Part shown: positions 10,684 through 21,807 of the stretch, in pieces
Layout of the letters: every line of letters starts with the position of its first letter
Numbering within the stretch: position 1 is the first letter of the stretch
Origin: Nitrospirota bacterium
GTDB taxonomy: Bacteria > Nitrospirota > UBA9217
NCBI GenBank assembly: GCA_963741205.1
Contig: CAVUHW010000020.1
Span: 256,001 to 320,000 of the forward strand
DNA: 64,000 nucleotides
Reading direction: 5' to 3'
Translations under genes and position numbers: made by a program
Notes under the pieces: generated by a model
Databases searched by the model: none
The model's input: only the letters and a program-made list of their open reading frames with translations
What the model was told of the DNA's origin: nothing

Positions 10684-11433
10684 TCATTCTGCTCCTTGAC
10701 TCCTGTCTTTATACACCCCGAGCGGGTAGTACTTCATCATGTGATCCCGAACCCATTCCACGGCTTGACTAGGGGTCATGCCCCAATCGGTCGGGCACAT
10801 GGAGAGCGCCTCGACGAAAGAAAAACCTACACCCTCCACCTGGTTCCTGAACGCTTTCTGAATGGCCTTCTTTGCGCCAAGCACATGTTTGGGGCTGTCG
10901 AGTGATACTCGTTCGATGTAGACCGGTCCATCCAACACAGCAAGCATCTCACTCACCCTGAGCGGGCTGCCGGCTTCGCGAATGTTCCTTCCCAATGGCG
11001 TGGTCGTCGTTTTCTGGCCCGGCAAGGTGGTCGGCGCCATCTGGCCGCCGGTCATACCGTAGGTGCCGTTATTAACGAATATGACGGTAATGTTCTCTCC
11101 GCGGGCCGCAGCGTGTATGATCTCGGCGGTGCCGATGGCGGCGAGGTCGCCGTCGCCCTGGTAACTGAAGATGATCGAATCGGGACGAGAGCGCTTCATC
11201 CCCGTGGCGATCGCAGGCGGCCTGCCGTGCGGCACTTCTATCATGTCGATATCGAAATAGTCGTAGGCAAAGACCGCGCATCCGACCGGCGCAATGCCGA
11301 TGGTCCGGTCGCGTATTCCCATGGAATCGATGGTCTCGGCAACGATCCTGTGTAAAACGCCGTGACTGCACCCCGGGCAATACCGGAACGGCCTGTCTTT
11401 CAAGCATGATGGTCGGGAGAAAACTTTATTCAT
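10684..11433 (-). CDS. 2-oxoacid:ferredoxin oxidoreductase beta subunit (TPP-binding)
   Basis: YCPGC, QGDGD, NNGTYGMTGGQ, CPT. Confidence 0.92.
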   Translation of the reverse strand: MNKVFSRPSCLKDRPFRYCPGCSHGVLHRIVAETIDSMGIRDRTIGIAPVGCAVFAYDYFDIDMIEVPHGRPPAIATGMKRSRPDSIIFSYQGDGDLAAIGTAEIIHAAARGENITVIFVNNGTYGMTGGQMAPTTLPGQKTTTTPLGRNIREAGSPLRVSEMLAVLDGPVYIERVSLDSPKHVLGAKKAIQKAFRNQVEGVGFSFVEALSMCPTDWGMTPSQAVEWVRDHMMKYYPLGVYKDRSQGAE

Positions 11434-11525
11434 TGCTCACCGGGTCAAGCAAAAATCGCTTGACATTCAACCCCTCACTCTGTTATTTTATCGTCCTGCT
11501 TTATTGTTCGCCGTGATGCGCCGAT

Positions 11526-11601
11526 GCCGAGGTAGCTCAGTTGGTAGAGCAGAGGCCTGAAAAGCCTCGTGTCCGCAGTTCGATTCTGCGCCTCGGCACC
11601 A
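11526..11601 (+). tRNA. tRNA-Phe(GAA)
   Basis: 76-nt cloverleaf; anticodon arm GAGGC-CTGAAAA-GCCTC, TTCGA T-loop, encoded CCA. Confidence 0.96.
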
Positions 11602-11690
11602 TTTCTTTCAGAAATTCCTCGATCCAAAACTCCCACATTGAACCTGCTGTTGAAAATCTATTTTTCGACTTTTCCAGAGTTTGACTCAAT

Positions 11691-13088
11691 TCACTCTTTA
11701 TCAAACAGCCCCAACTGCAGCATCTTCTCCCCGGGGAACGGCACGGGGTACTCGCCATCGAAGCAGGCCGCGCAATAATTCATGCGGTGCGGCACTACCT
11801 TCTGGATCCCGTCCATACTGATATAGCCCAGCGTGTCCGCGGTGATATATTTCCTGATCTCCTCGATACTGTGCGTTGACGCTATGAGCTCCTGCCGCGT
11901 CGGCATGTCGATGCCGTAGAAACAGGGAAACGATGTCGGAGGCGAGCTGATGCGCAAGTGGACTTCCGCCGCACCCGCGTTCCTGATCATCTTGATGATC
12001 TTCTTGCTGGTGGTGCCGCGCACGATGGAATCGTCCACCACCACGACACGCTTGCCCCTGAGCGCGTCCCTTACGGGGTTCAGTTTGATCTTGACGCCGA
12101 AGTGCCTGATGCTCTGGCGCGGTTCGATGAAGGTGCGTCCGATGTAATGGTTCCTGATGAGTCCCGTGTCAAAGGGGAGCCCCGCTTCCTCTGCATACCC
12201 CAGGGCGGCCGGTACGCCCGAGTCCGGCACGGGAATGACCACGTCAGCCTCGATGCCGGTCTCCCGAGCGAGCTGCCTGCCGAAATTTTTTCTGATCGTA
12301 TAGACATTCTGGCCGAAGACCATGCTGTCGGGCCTCGCGAAATAGATGAACTCGAATATGCAGTGAGAAGGCTCTGCGGGTTTGAACGGGAACGAGGAAT
12401 GGATGCCTTTGCTGTTGATCACCACCATCTCGCCCGGCGCGACATCGCGGATGTAGGTCGCTTCGATGAGGTCGAAAGCGCACGTCTCCGAGGCAACCAC
12501 GTAGGCGCTGTCGAGTTCCGCGAGTGAAAGCGGCCGGAATCCGTTCGGATCACGGACGGCGATGAGTTCCTCTTCGGTGATGATCAGGAGACTGTAGGAC
12601 CCCTGGACGTGGCCCAGGGCGTCGACGATCCGCTCGTGCAGGGTCGCCGCCCGGGACTGGGCTATCAGGTGCACGATCACTTCGGTGTCCGTCGTCATGA
12701 CGAATATCGAACCGTAGGCTTCGAGTTCGTCCTTCAGTATCCCGGCGTTCACCAGGTTTCCGTTGTGCGCGACCGCCAATCCACCCAAGGCGAAGTTGAC
12801 GAGGATAGGTTGTATGTTGAGCGCGGCGCTTTCTCCCGTGGTCGAGTACCGGTTGTGGCCGATGGCCATATGCCCCGGCAGCTTCTTGATCCGGTCTTCG
12901 GAAAAGATGTCCGCCACCAGTCCCATGGCCTTCTGGCCATAAAGCTTTTTTCCGTCGGACGAGACGATCCCGGCTGATTCCTGGCCGCGGTGCTGAAGCG
13001 CATAGAGGCCGAGATAGGTGAGGTTCGCTGCGTCCGGGTGTCCGTAGATCCCGAACACACCGCATTCTTCATGGAGCTTGTCGAACAT
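11691..13088 (-). CDS. purF: Amidophosphoribosyltransferase
   Basis: [31 protein letters not shown]-terminal CAACF. Confidence 0.97.
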   Translation of the reverse strand: MFDKLHEECGVFGIYGHPDAANLTYLGLYALQHRGQESAGIVSSDGKKLYGQKAMGLVADIFSEDRIKKLPGHMAIGHNRYSTTGESAALNIQPILVNFALGGLAVAHNGNLVNAGILKDELEAYGSIFVMTTDTEVIVHLIAQSRAATLHERIVDALGHVQGSYSLLIITEEELIAVRDPNGFRPLSLAELDSAYVVASETCAFDLIEATYIRDVAPGEMVVINSKGIHSSFPFKPAEPSHCIFEFIYFARPDSMVFGQNVYTIRKNFGRQLARETGIEADVVIPVPDSGVPAALGYAEEAGLPFDTGLIRNHYIGRTFIEPRQSIRHFGVKIKLNPVRDALRGKRVVVVDDSIVRGTTSKKIIKMIRNAGAAEVHLRISSPPTSFPCFYGIDMPTRQELIASTHSIEEIRKYITADTLGYISMDGIQKVVPHRMNYCAACFDGEYPVPFPGEKMLQLGLFDKE

Positions 13089-13107
13089 AATCTGTACCAA
13101 CTTCCTT

Positions 13108-13180
13108 TCACCACTAAGACACCAAGGCACTAAGATAACGACTTAGTCTTTCTTCGTGACTTCGTGCCTTCGTGGTGACT
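13108..13180. repeat. Inverted 9-mer REP-like repeats at the purB/purF junction
   Basis: caccactaagacaccaaggcactaag ... cttcgtgacttcgtgccttcgtggtg. Confidence 0.6.
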
Positions 13181-14483
13181 GTTTGTTCTTTTTGTTAAAG
13201 ACCCTCTTGAAAATATAATCGACCTTCTTGAGCGTATGCGAAAGGTCGAAGCAATCGTTGATCTCCCTGACGGTCAGGTATTTACGGATGTCCTTGTCGT
13301 TTTGCAGCCGTTCCTTAAAATCGCCGCCCTGTTTCCAGACATCCATCGCGTTCCGCTGGACGTAGGAGTACGCGGTCTCGCGCGATACCCCCTTCCCCAC
13401 GAGCGCCAGCATCACGGTCTCGGAGTGGAAGAGGCCCTTCGAAAGCGCCATGTTCCGCTCCATGTTCCGCGGGTAGACGAATAGTTTATCGACGAGACTG
13501 TTAAAGCGCATGAGCATGTAATCGATGAGGATCGTGCTGTCAGGAATGATGATACGCTCGACGGAGGAATGGCTGATGTCCCGCTCGTGCCACAGCGCGA
13601 CGTTTTCCATGCCGGCGACCGCGTTCGCGCGGACCACGCGGGCAAGGCCGGAGAGGTTCTCTGCCGAAATGGGGTTCCGCTTGTGCGGCATGGCGGACGA
13701 GCCCTTCTGGCCTTCGGAAAAGTACTCCTCCGCCTCGAGCACCTCGGTGCGCTGGAGGTGGCGGAGTTCGATGGAAAATTTTTCCAGGGAGGAGGCGATG
13801 AGCGCGAGCGTCGAGAGGAACTCGGCGTGCCGGTCCCGCTGCACGACCTGCGTGGCGACGGGTTCGGGCGTAAGACCCAGTTTCCGGCACACGTAGTTCT
13901 CCACGAAGGGATCGATGTTCGCGAAGGTCCCCACGGCCCCCGATACCTTTCCCACGCTGATCACGTCCCGTGCGCGGACCATGCGGTCGAGGGCGCGGCC
14001 CATTTCCTCGTACCAGAGCGCCATTTTGAGGCCGAAGGTGATCGGTTCGGCATGCACGCCGTGGGAGCGGCCGATCATGACCGTGTTCTTGTGCTGGCGG
14101 GCCTTCTTTTTGAGTGTGACCAGCACGATCCGGACGTCCTTGATGATGATGTCCGCCGCCCTGCGCATAAGCGAGGCAAGGGACGTATCGAGCACGTCCG
14201 ACGAGGTGAGGCCGAGATGGATATACCGCGAATCGGGCCCCACGTTCTCGCCGACGGCGGTCAGAAAAGCGATGACGTCGTGCTTCACGATTTTTTCGAG
14301 GGCGTCGATCCGCCTGACGTTGAAGTCGGCCTTGTTTTTGATGTTCGTGAGGGCCTTCGCCGGTATCAACCCGAGTTTGGCGTTCGCCTCGCACGCGAGG
14401 ATTTCCACCGCGAGCCACGCGCGATATCTGTTCTCCGGTTCCCAGAGGCCCGCCATTTCGGGCCTGCTGTAGCGAGGGATCAT
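13143..14483 (-). CDS. purB: Adenylosuccinate lyase
   Basis: MIPRYSRPEM, GRSHGVHAEP, GSSAMPHKRNP. Confidence 0.97.
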   Translation of the reverse strand: MIPRYSRPEMAGLWEPENRYRAWLAVEILACEANAKLGLIPAKALTNIKNKADFNVRRIDALEKIVKHDVIAFLTAVGENVGPDSRYIHLGLTSSDVLDTSLASLMRRAADIIIKDVRIVLVTLKKKARQHKNTVMIGRSHGVHAEPITFGLKMALWYEEMGRALDRMVRARDVISVGKVSGAVGTFANIDPFVENYVCRKLGLTPEPVATQVVQRDRHAEFLSTLALIASSLEKFSIELRHLQRTEVLEAEEYFSEGQKGSSAMPHKRNPISAENLSGLARVVRANAVAGMENVALWHERDISHSSVERIIIPDSTILIDYMLMRFNSLVDKLFVYPRNMERNMALSKGLFHSETVMLALVGKGVSRETAYSYVQRNAMDVWKQGGDFKERLQNDKDIRKYLTVREINDCFDLSHTLKKVDYIFKRVFNKKNKQSPRRHEVTKKD

Positions 14484-14537
14484 TCAGTTCTCCTCTTCGT
14501 ATGCATGCGTTATGCTGTCTCCCTTCCTACGGCCGCG

Positions 14538-15035
14538 TTACTCATTCACCAGCCGCGAAAGCTCCTTATATGCCGCCTCGTCCGGCGCGAGCAGGGAGAC
14601 TGTCAGACTGCGCCCGCCGGCGCCCGCCGACAGCCCTTCTCTGAGCGCTCGGAGTCCCGCATCGTGGGGCGTCCGAAGCGGCTGCAGGTACTCGAATGCC
14701 GCACTGGAGGCGCCGGTGCCCGCCACGCTCGCCGCGGCGGTGCGCGCCGCATTCTTGAGCGCGGGCAGGGAAAAATCGGACGCGGGGCCGAGGCCGACCA
14801 TGAAGACCTTTTGTGCGGGCACCTTTCCCCGTGCGGGCAAAAGGGCCACGTCGCCCGGCGATCCACGCAGCTTGTCATCAAGCAACAGGCTTGATAAGGA
14901 GCCGCACAGCAGCCAATCGAGCCGCCCGGCGAGACCCTTCAGCGGCCTCACGTCCTCGAAAAAACCGACGACGAGTGCTTCGCACTCGACCGTTGTTATG
15001 TCCTGGAGAATGACTTTCACTGTCAGCCCGGGCAT
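14538..15035 (-). CDS. Stand-alone leucyl aminopeptidase (M17) N-terminal-like domain protein
   Basis: DVRPLKGLAGRLDWLLCGSLS and VFMVGLG; no catalytic domain. Confidence 0.6.
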   Translation of the reverse strand: MPGLTVKVILQDITTVECEALVVGFFEDVRPLKGLAGRLDWLLCGSLSSLLLDDKLRGSPGDVALLPARGKVPAQKVFMVGLGPASDFSLPALKNAARTAAASVAGTGASSAAFEYLQPLRTPHDAGLRALREGLSAGAGGRSLTVSLLAPDEAAYKELSRLVNE

Positions 15036-15042
15036 CCCTCGC

Positions 15043-15475
15043 CTAATCCTCGATCCTGTTTTCTTCCAACTTCCCCGCTAAGCGGGCAACACGGTCCAGG
15101 ATGCCGTTCACAAAGGCCCCGGATTCTTCCGTACCGTATTTCTTTGCGATTTCGATGGCTTCGTTGATCGTTACGCTGGTGGGGATGTCGATCCGGTAGA
15201 GAATTTCATAGATCGCCATCCTCAGGACATTGCGGTCGACAACCGCCATGCGGTCGAGACTCCAGTTCTTTGCGCATTGATGAATGAGGTCGTTGATCTT
15301 GGGCAGGTGCTTGTACGTTCCCTTGATGATCTCTTCCGCAAAGGCCTTTACTTCATCTTCCGGGTCGATACTCCGCCCAGAAATGCTTGAGAATGGCGGC
15401 AGAAGGCTTCTCTTTCCTGATGTCGAGCTGAAACAGTATCTGGAGCGCGTGCTCCCTGGCCTTGCGTCTCTTCAT
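15043..15475 (-). CDS. nusB: Transcription antitermination factor (frameshifted)
   Basis: MKRRKAREHALQILF; VDRNVLR, INEAIEIAKKYG, FVNGILD; directly downstream of ribH. Confidence 0.92.
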
Positions 15476-15531
15476 TTAAAATGCCGTTCTCCAATGGTCC
15501 TGACCGCCGTTCCCTGCCGCGCATCGTGACT

Positions 15532-15999
15532 CTATGCCATCTGTTTCATGACGTTCGCCATCTCGATGGCGGACAGCGCCGCGTCCCATCCTTTATTGCC
15601 GCTCTTGGTCCCCGCACGTTCAATGGCCTGTTCGATGGTATCGGTGGTCAGCACGCCGAAGATGACGGGCAGGCCGCTTTCCATGGACACCGAGGCCACG
15701 CCCTTGCTCACTTCGGCGCTCACATACTCGAAGTGAGGCGTGGCCCCCCGGATGACCGCGCCGAGACAGATGACCGCGTTGTATTTTTTCGTCTGCGCCA
15801 TCATCTTCGCCGCGAGAGGGATCTCGTAAGAGCCCGGGACCTTCACGACTTCGATGTCGTTCTCCGCAACGCCGTGACGCTGCAGCGCGTCAACGGCGCC
15901 GTCAAGGAGCCGCGCCGTGATGAAATCATTAAAGCGCGCAGCCACAATCCCGAACTTGAGCCCCTTGCCGCTCAGATCACCCTGGATGATTTTTGCCAT
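15532..15999 (-). CDS. ribH: Lumazine synthase
   Basis: [28 protein letters not shown]. Confidence 0.96.
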   Translation of the reverse strand: MAKIIQGDLSGKGLKFGIVAARFNDFITARLLDGAVDALQRHGVAENDIEVVKVPGSYEIPLAAKMMAQTKKYNAVICLGAVIRGATPHFEYVSAEVSKGVASVSMESGLPVIFGVLTTDTIEQAIERAGTKSGNKGWDAALSAIEMANVMKQMA

Positions 16000-17263
16000 C
16001 GTGTTCCTCCGCACATTCGTTGAATATACTCCGAACTCTGAACTTTAGACTTGAATCGTTAACTTTCTCCAGCATATGCCCCATCTTATGCTTCTTGACC
16101 TTGAGGTAGTGGATGTTCTTTGCATGGGGATGCATCTCGATCGGCACACGCTTCGTCACGGTCAAACCATAGCCTTCCAGTCCGATGATTTTTTTCGGAT
16201 TGTTCGTCAGGAGCTTGATCTTGCGGATGCCGAGGTCGCGAAGGATCTGGGCGCCGACGCCGTAATCCCGGAGATCGGCCTTGAAGCCGAGCGCGAGGTT
16301 CGCCTCGACCGTGTCCTTGCCCTTGTCCTGGAGTTCGTAGGCCTTCAGTTTGCCCTCGATGCCGATGCCCCGTCCTTCCTGTCGCATATAGAGGATCACG
16401 CCCTTGCCTTCCTTATCGATCATCTGCATGGCGTTGCGGAGCTGTTCGCCGCAGTCGCAGCGCATCGAGCCGAAGACGTCCCCGGTGAGGCACTCCGAAT
16501 GGACGCGGACCATCACCTCGTCGTCGGGCTTGATATCGCCCTTGACCAGCGCGATATGGCTCAGGCGGTCGATGTCGTTCGCATACAGGATCGCCGTAAA
16601 ATCGTTGCCGTGCATCGTCGGAAGCTTCGTTACCGCCACGCGTCGGACGAGGGACTCCTTCCTCACCCGGTACGCGATAAGGTCCTTGATAGTCACGATC
16701 TTCATCCGGTGGGTCTTTGCGAATTCCATGAGCTGCGGCACTCGGGACATGGTGCCGTCATCGTTCATGATCTCGCAGATCACGCCCGCAGGAGAGAGCC
16801 CCGCGAGCCGCGCGAGGTCCACCGAGCCCTCCGTCTGGCCCGCGCGCTGGAGCACGCCGCCCGGTTTGGCCCGGAGCGGAAAGACATGACCCGGCCGGGC
16901 AAGGTCTTCCGCGCCCTTCTTGGGGTTGATCGCGGTCTTGATCGTTGTCGCGCGGTCCGCCGCGGAAATGCCGGTCGTCACGCCCTTCTTCGCCTCAATG
17001 GATATGGTGAACGCCGTGCCGAACGAGGAGGTGTTGTCGGTGGTCATCATCGGAAGCTGCAGTTGTTCCACCCGCTCCGGCGTAAGCGAAAGGCAAATGA
17101 GCCCCCTGCCGTACCTGGCCATGAAATTGATGGCCTCGGGGGTCACCATTTCGGCCGCCATGGTCAGATCGCCTTCGTTTTCCCGGTCCTCGTCGTCCAC
17201 GAGAATGACCATCTTCCCGTTTCTGATGTCTTCGATAGCTTCTTCAATCGTATTGAACTTCAT
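15977..17263 (-). CDS. ribBA: Bifunctional DHBP synthase / GTP cyclohydrolase II (true stop probably near 16060)
   Basis: [38 protein letters not shown]. Confidence 0.96.
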   Translation of the reverse strand: MKFNTIEEAIEDIRNGKMVILVDDEDRENEGDLTMAAEMVTPEAINFMARYGRGLICLSLTPERVEQLQLPMMTTDNTSSFGTAFTISIEAKKGVTTGISAADRATTIKTAINPKKGAEDLARPGHVFPLRAKPGGVLQRAGQTEGSVDLARLAGLSPAGVICEIMNDDGTMSRVPQLMEFAKTHRMKIVTIKDLIAYRVRKESLVRRVAVTKLPTMHGNDFTAILYANDIDRLSHIALVKGDIKPDDEVMVRVHSECLTGDVFGSMRCDCGEQLRNAMQMIDKEGKGVILYMRQEGRGIGIEGKLKAYELQDKGKDTVEANLALGFKADLRDYGVGAQILRDLGIRKIKLLTNNPKKIIGLEGYGLTVTKRVPIEMHPHAKNIHYLKVKKHKMGHMLEKVNDSSLKFRVRSIFNECAEEHDGKNHPG

Positions 17264-17362
17264 AGAAATGCACCTCGATAATGCAGTGATGCCGATCCGG
17301 CGTCAGGAGCATGACTAGCGATTATCTGTACCGTGCGATCTCTGCACCATGTACCATTTTTC

Positions 17363-18002
17363 TTAAGCAAATCCCGTCTTCTTGAGCAGCTCCAGATTCA
17401 CGCCGCCTTCAACCCTTCCGGACAAAAGACGCTCCACATACTTGCCGATAATGTCCGCCTCCAGGTTCACGCTGTCGCCGGCTGACTTGAAACCCAGAGT
17501 CGTCAATTTTGCCGTGTGGGGGATCATGGCGATGGAGAAACCGGTCTTGTCCGTGTCCGCCACCGTCAGGCTGATTCCGTCAATGGCGATGGAGCCCTTT
17601 TTGATGACGTAGCGAAGGACCTCGTCCGGCGCATCGAAGAATATCCTCCAGCCGTTGCCCTCGACACGCCTCTCGCGGATTCGGCCGACCGCGTCCACGT
17701 GGCCGCTCACCAGATGACCGCCGATCCGGGCGGAAAGCTGGAGCGCCCGTTCCAGGTTCACCTTCGCGCCGATCGTGAGTTCCCCCAGGTTCGTGACCTT
17801 GAGCGTTTCGGCCGCGACATCCGCGGAGAACTCGCTTTTTGTTCAGATCGACAACGGTGAGACAGACCCCATTCACACAGATGCTTTCGCCCAGGGCCGT
17901 GCCGTCAAGGACCGTGGATGCGGAAATCGTGAGCCGGGCGGCGCCTGTTTCCCGCCTGAGAGACTTCACGCTTCCCATCTCTTCCACGATCCCGGTGAAC
18001 AT
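17363..18002 (-). CDS. ribE: Riboflavin synthase (frameshift near 17840)
   Basis: MFTGIVEE, NGVCLTV, GGHLVSGHVD, DGISLTV. Confidence 0.94.
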
Positions 18003-18156
18003 GAGTGATGAACGACCTCTTTAGTCTGAGAATGATCGCCTGCCCGCACGAAGGACGGGGCACGCGTAACACGCAGCAACAACCTGATAAAAAAGTCTTT
18101 TCTTCGAAGAATTGCGCTGATATAAGCTGTAATGACAATGAAGACGGAGACTCGTT

Positions 18157-18185
18157 ATAATAACTGCGACTGACTTTATTGTCAA
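18157..18185 (-). promoter_or_regulatory. Sigma70-type promoter upstream of the rib operon
   Basis: TTGACA-17 nt-TATTAT on the minus strand. Confidence 0.6.
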
Positions 18186-18422
18186 GAATATTGTGGGCTT
18201 AGAACGGCAGTTGAGGGCGAATTCCGGCGTGTTCGGTGCAGGTGCTTGATCAACGACGGCTCAAGGAGGGACGAAGCAACGATCGTCCCTGTAATCACGT
18301 CATTTAAGTCGTCGCATACCGGGGAACGGCCCCCGACGAAAAAACCGGGGACACCAACAGTAACATACTCCGCACGGTCCGGATCGGGAGTGCGCTGTCG
18401 GACCCGGTCGCCGTCAGGTGGC

Positions 18423-19667
18423 TCAATTGAATCCGAATCCGATCTGAAATGCCGCGAACCTGCCCATGAAGTTTTCATTGTTTCCGACCGTCAGGCCGAT
18501 TCCGGGGAGATTGATGAGGTTGATGAAATAATAGGCCCCGATCCCATAGGCCGAGTAGTTCGAACCGTTGCCTTCGAAGAACGGCTTATAAACGCCGTAA
18601 TCAATGAACGGGGCCACGGTGATCGTGCCATGGCTCCGCTGCGCCAGAGGGATCTGGTAATCCGCCGACGCGGCGACGACCTCGCGCGTCCAGAGTCCCC
18701 CCGGTTGAATACCCCGGTAGCCCTTGGCACGTCCGTAGGTTGACACATCCCCGACAGATGCCCCGGTCTGGCGCGCGGCGTGCAGTCCAAGCTGCAGGGC
18801 ATGCTTCCCGAATATGAGTTTGTCCCAGTCAAGTCCTGCGGTCGTGTTCGAGACGTGTTCGCCTTCATCGGACCGGTGCACCTGACGGTTCCAGGCAATG
18901 GTTGCGGAAAACCCGTCGCTATAGAAAAGCTTGTAGTCCGCGTTTCGATAAACGGCCCGTGCGCCAACGCCCCAGGAGTAGTAGTCCTGCGGAACGGGAA
19001 AGGATTCCAGTTGAGAGTACCTTTTCCCTGTGTAGTTCATTGACACGGAAGTCTGAAGGCGCTGCGTGATCCGGTATCCCGGGGACAGGGTGAACCCTTC
19101 TTCGATTTTATGATAGCTGTACAGGACCGTCTTTTTCTCGAAGGCTTCCGCATCGATGTTCGATCTGATTGCCATAACGTTGCAGGTGAAGTCGCTGAGC
19201 ATCACCGAAGGGTCAATATACATAAGCGTAAAGCTGTTGCCTTCCGTCGACACGGCCCCGCCGGCCACGACGATCTTGCCGTAGCCGAGAAAATTGGATT
19301 CGTAGAGGAAGGCCCCTGCGGACCGTGTGCCGTTGGAGGCGAAGACGTTCGGTACGGGGATCAGGGTCCAGCGTTCCGAGACCTTGACGTTGATCTCGGG
19401 TTCCTTGACCGAGACCTCGACCTGGGAAAAGATCCGGGTATTCGTGAGGCACTGTCCCAGCTTCGCTGAGTCTACAGCGTCCCACGCGCGGTAATCATCT
19501 TTTTCAAGGCATTTTTCGACCAGGGACTCGATATAGCGGTCCTTGGTCCTTGTGGCCCCTTCGACGTGAACAATAACCTCGCCCAGGTACTCGTTTCCGA
19601 TCGAGGCCGACGACGCCGGAGGCAGCAGCCACAAAATCATCGTAATTATAAGCAGCTGTTTCATCAC
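18423..19667 (-). CDS. Omp85/BamA-TamA-like outer membrane protein (single POTRA plus barrel)
   Basis: Signal peptide, ERWTLIP, ESNFLGYG, YRG barrel motif, aromatic-rich C-terminus. Confidence 0.65.
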   Translation of the reverse strand: MMKQLLIITMILWLLPPASSASIGNEYLGEVIVHVEGATRTKDRYIESLVEKCLEKDDYRAWDAVDSAKLGQCLTNTRIFSQVEVSVKEPEINVKVSERWTLIPVPNVFASNGTRSAGAFLYESNFLGYGKIVVAGGAVSTEGNSFTLMYIDPSVMLSDFTCNVMAIRSNIDAEAFEKKTVLYSYHKIEEGFTLSPGYRITQRLQTSVSMNYTGKRYSQLESFPVPQDYYSWGVGARAVYRNADYKLFYSDGFSATIAWNRQVHRSDEGEHVSNTTAGLDWDKLIFGKHALQLGLHAARQTGASVGDVSTYGRAKGYRGIQPGGLWTREVVAASADYQIPLAQRSHGTITVAPFIDYGVYKPFFEGNGSNYSAYGIGAYYFINLINLPGIGLTVGNNENFMGRFAAFQIGFGFN

Positions 19668-19806
19668 TGGATTGCACGCTAGGTTTTACTCTCGTATTTC
19701 GGAAGAAATGATGATGGCAAGTTCGGCTGGCCTGATATAACCAGCCCATGTCGAGCTAAACGAAGAAAACCCGGCAAACTGCCGCCCGTCATCTGTGGAA
19801 GATACG

Positions 19807-20079
19807 CTACGCGAACGCTTTTGCCGGATGGAGTTCGGCCGTTTCGAAGGTGATGAGCCCCGCGCGAACGAACGGGTCCTGATCCACGATCTTCTCCGCC
19901 TCGGCCATGCTGTCCGCCTTGATGACGATCATGCCTCCCCGGTCGCCCCACTTCCCCGCCTGCACGAGAGTTCCCGCGGCGAGTTGCTGCTTCGCCCACT
20001 CCCGGTGTTCGGGAATGACCTTGCCTATGAGCGCCCGGTCCGCGTCGGGCTTAAACTTGTTGATGGACATGAAATACAT
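19807..20079 (-). CDS. YciI-family protein
   Basis: 90 aa; EHREW, GGMIV, DPF. Confidence 0.8.
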   Translation of the reverse strand: MYFMSINKFKPDADRALIGKVIPEHREWAKQQLAAGTLVQAGKWGDRGGMIVIKADSMAEAEKIVDQDPFVRAGLITFETAELHPAKAFA

Positions 20080-20100
20080 GGAGACCTCCTCAGTGAAACC

Positions 20101-20583
20101 TTGAGTGACGGCCTACATGTGCCGGCTTGACAGGCAGGATTTCCACCACGGTTTTGTCGGCTGAAAGCAGAACGAGTTTCTTAACGTACTCGCCGCTCCA
20201 ACTCCTCCGGCGTGATTCATGTTACACCGTGCGTGCCGATGACGATGTTGATCGTTGGAAAAGTCTCATGCATTGCATTGGCGTAGTTTACCATGAAGTA
20301 TTGGCAGCAGAGCGCCTTGACCAGTTGGAAAAGTGGATGAGCGTCGACGCGGAAAGTCGGTCAAGGCTCTGACGCGCTGAAGAAGCTTGTCTGGACCGGT
20401 AAGCGTAGGACCGCCCGGGCAATTGATGATGCCGGCAAGATTGAGGGGCTGCGCCGCAGGGTGACCTTCGAGATTGCGCCCTTTCGTATTTCTCAAATCT
20501 GACCGGAGGCAGACTCGCTCGAGAACGGTCCGCAAGATGCTTGAGTGGCATTCGGGCAGGCCCAAAGATCTCATCCGAGCCAT
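20101..20583 (-). pseudogene. Degraded CGGC-domain-like gene (3' end approximate)
   Basis: SD plus MAR..., GIINCPG.PTLTGPDKLLQRVRALTDF and later INIVIGTH, broken by several indels and stops. Confidence 0.5.
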
Positions 20584-20629
20584 GAAACTCCTTGCGTGGT
20601 TAAGACCGGTCACCGCAATGACGCCGAGG

Positions 20630-21157
20630 CTAGCGGTGAAAGTGTCTCATCCTGGTTGAATGATTTCTTTCCCGCCAGCGCTCGTCCGCCAGCACCACGG
20701 ATGTCTCCGTCTGGCGCTCGGGGATGGACCAGTATTTCCTAAGGAGGCGCTCTTTTTCTTCCCAGGTAACCAGCTTGAATCCATACCTTTCGTAAAACCT
20801 CACGGCCCAGGTCGCCGCGGCCCATGTGCCCACAAGCGTTGGGCGAGTGATCATCGCCTTGAGATGGTTGATGAGCTTTCCGCCGACACCTTTGTTTCGC
20901 TGTGCGGTCCGAACATAGGCGTGACGGATAAGCGTTACGTCCTGCACATCCTGGATGCCCATGACGCCGATCAAGCGCCCCTGTTCCTCGTACCCCCAGA
21001 ACACAACACCCGCATCGAGCTCATGCCGGAGATATTCACGCGACATGTAGGGTTCGTGCCAGCGGTCAGGGGGGATCACGCCACTGTACGCCCGGGCTGC
21101 ATCGTTGATGATTTCGTACATGGATTCGAAATCATTTTCTGTGCATTTCCTGATCAA
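20630..21157 (-). CDS. GNAT acetyltransferase
   Basis: HAYVRTAQRNKGVGGKL, AVRFYERYGF. Confidence 0.88.
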   Translation of the reverse strand: MIRKCTENDFESMYEIINDAARAYSGVIPPDRWHEPYMSREYLRHELDAGVVFWGYEEQGRLIGVMGIQDVQDVTLIRHAYVRTAQRNKGVGGKLINHLKAMITRPTLVGTWAAATWAVRFYERYGFKLVTWEEKERLLRKYWSIPERQTETSVVLADERWRERNHSTRMRHFHR

Positions 21158-21300
21158 GGCTTCCTCACATCACTTCCTTTTGGCCATGTGTCGCATGATC
21201 TCGTCTTGATGGATGCCCACATAAGCACAGCTTGGTGCCGATCCGCATTTTCTGCATGCCATACGATCCGATGAATTATTCAGTCTGTGGCAACACCCGG

Positions 21301-21725
21301 TCAGGATAGGATCTTGTATCCGGCTGCGATCTCGGCGTTGCCTTTCACCATTGCCCAAACGGGGCAGACCGAGTCCTCGGCGAGCTTTATCGCCTTTTGA
21401 ATGTCCGCGTCCTTTACATCGTTTGAATTCACGGTAAACTCCATAATAATATTCTGGAAGGATGTCGGGTCTGGTCGCGCCGCGTCCCTTTTACATTCAC
21501 CGTGATCGCGGAAACGGTCCTCCCCATTTTCCGGAGTAAAAGACCGATCGTACCTCCGCTGCAGGCGCCGAGACTCATGAGCAGCATCTCAAGCGGCAGA
21601 TAGCCCTGTCCGTCCCCGAGCGGTGGGACGTAGTCTATCGAGATCGGGGCGAGCGACCGCAATGCCCCGGTGTAGCCCAGCTTCTGATTCGTTGAATTGA
21701 CCGTGACTTCCAATTGTGCAGCCAT
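21301..21725 (-). CDS. OsmC-family protein (frameshifted)
   Basis: PLEMLLMSLGACSG; C-terminal SVCP..WAMVKGN in another frame. Confidence 0.8.
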
Positions 21726-21807
21726 GATTCCCCTCTCCTTTATGCGGATTATCCGATCACTATTTTTTCGGTTTCAGCTTCGTGACTGATTTTTTTCAAT
21801 CGCGGCA

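Noticed and set aside
11526-11690. tRNA-Phe as an integration site
   Set aside because: No integrase and no duplicated tRNA 3' end seen; purF follows directly
3543-17281. Long antisense ORFs (3543-4820, 13569-14894, 16076-17281 and similar ones elsewhere)
   Set aside because: Shadow ORFs caused by GC-rich codon bias opposite well-supported genes
18003-18156. FMN riboswitch upstream of the rib operon
   Set aside because: None of the conserved RFN sequence blocks is visible in the leader
21170-21262. 30-aa CxxC ORF MACRKCGSAPSC...
   Set aside because: Too short, no clear SD and no recognisable family
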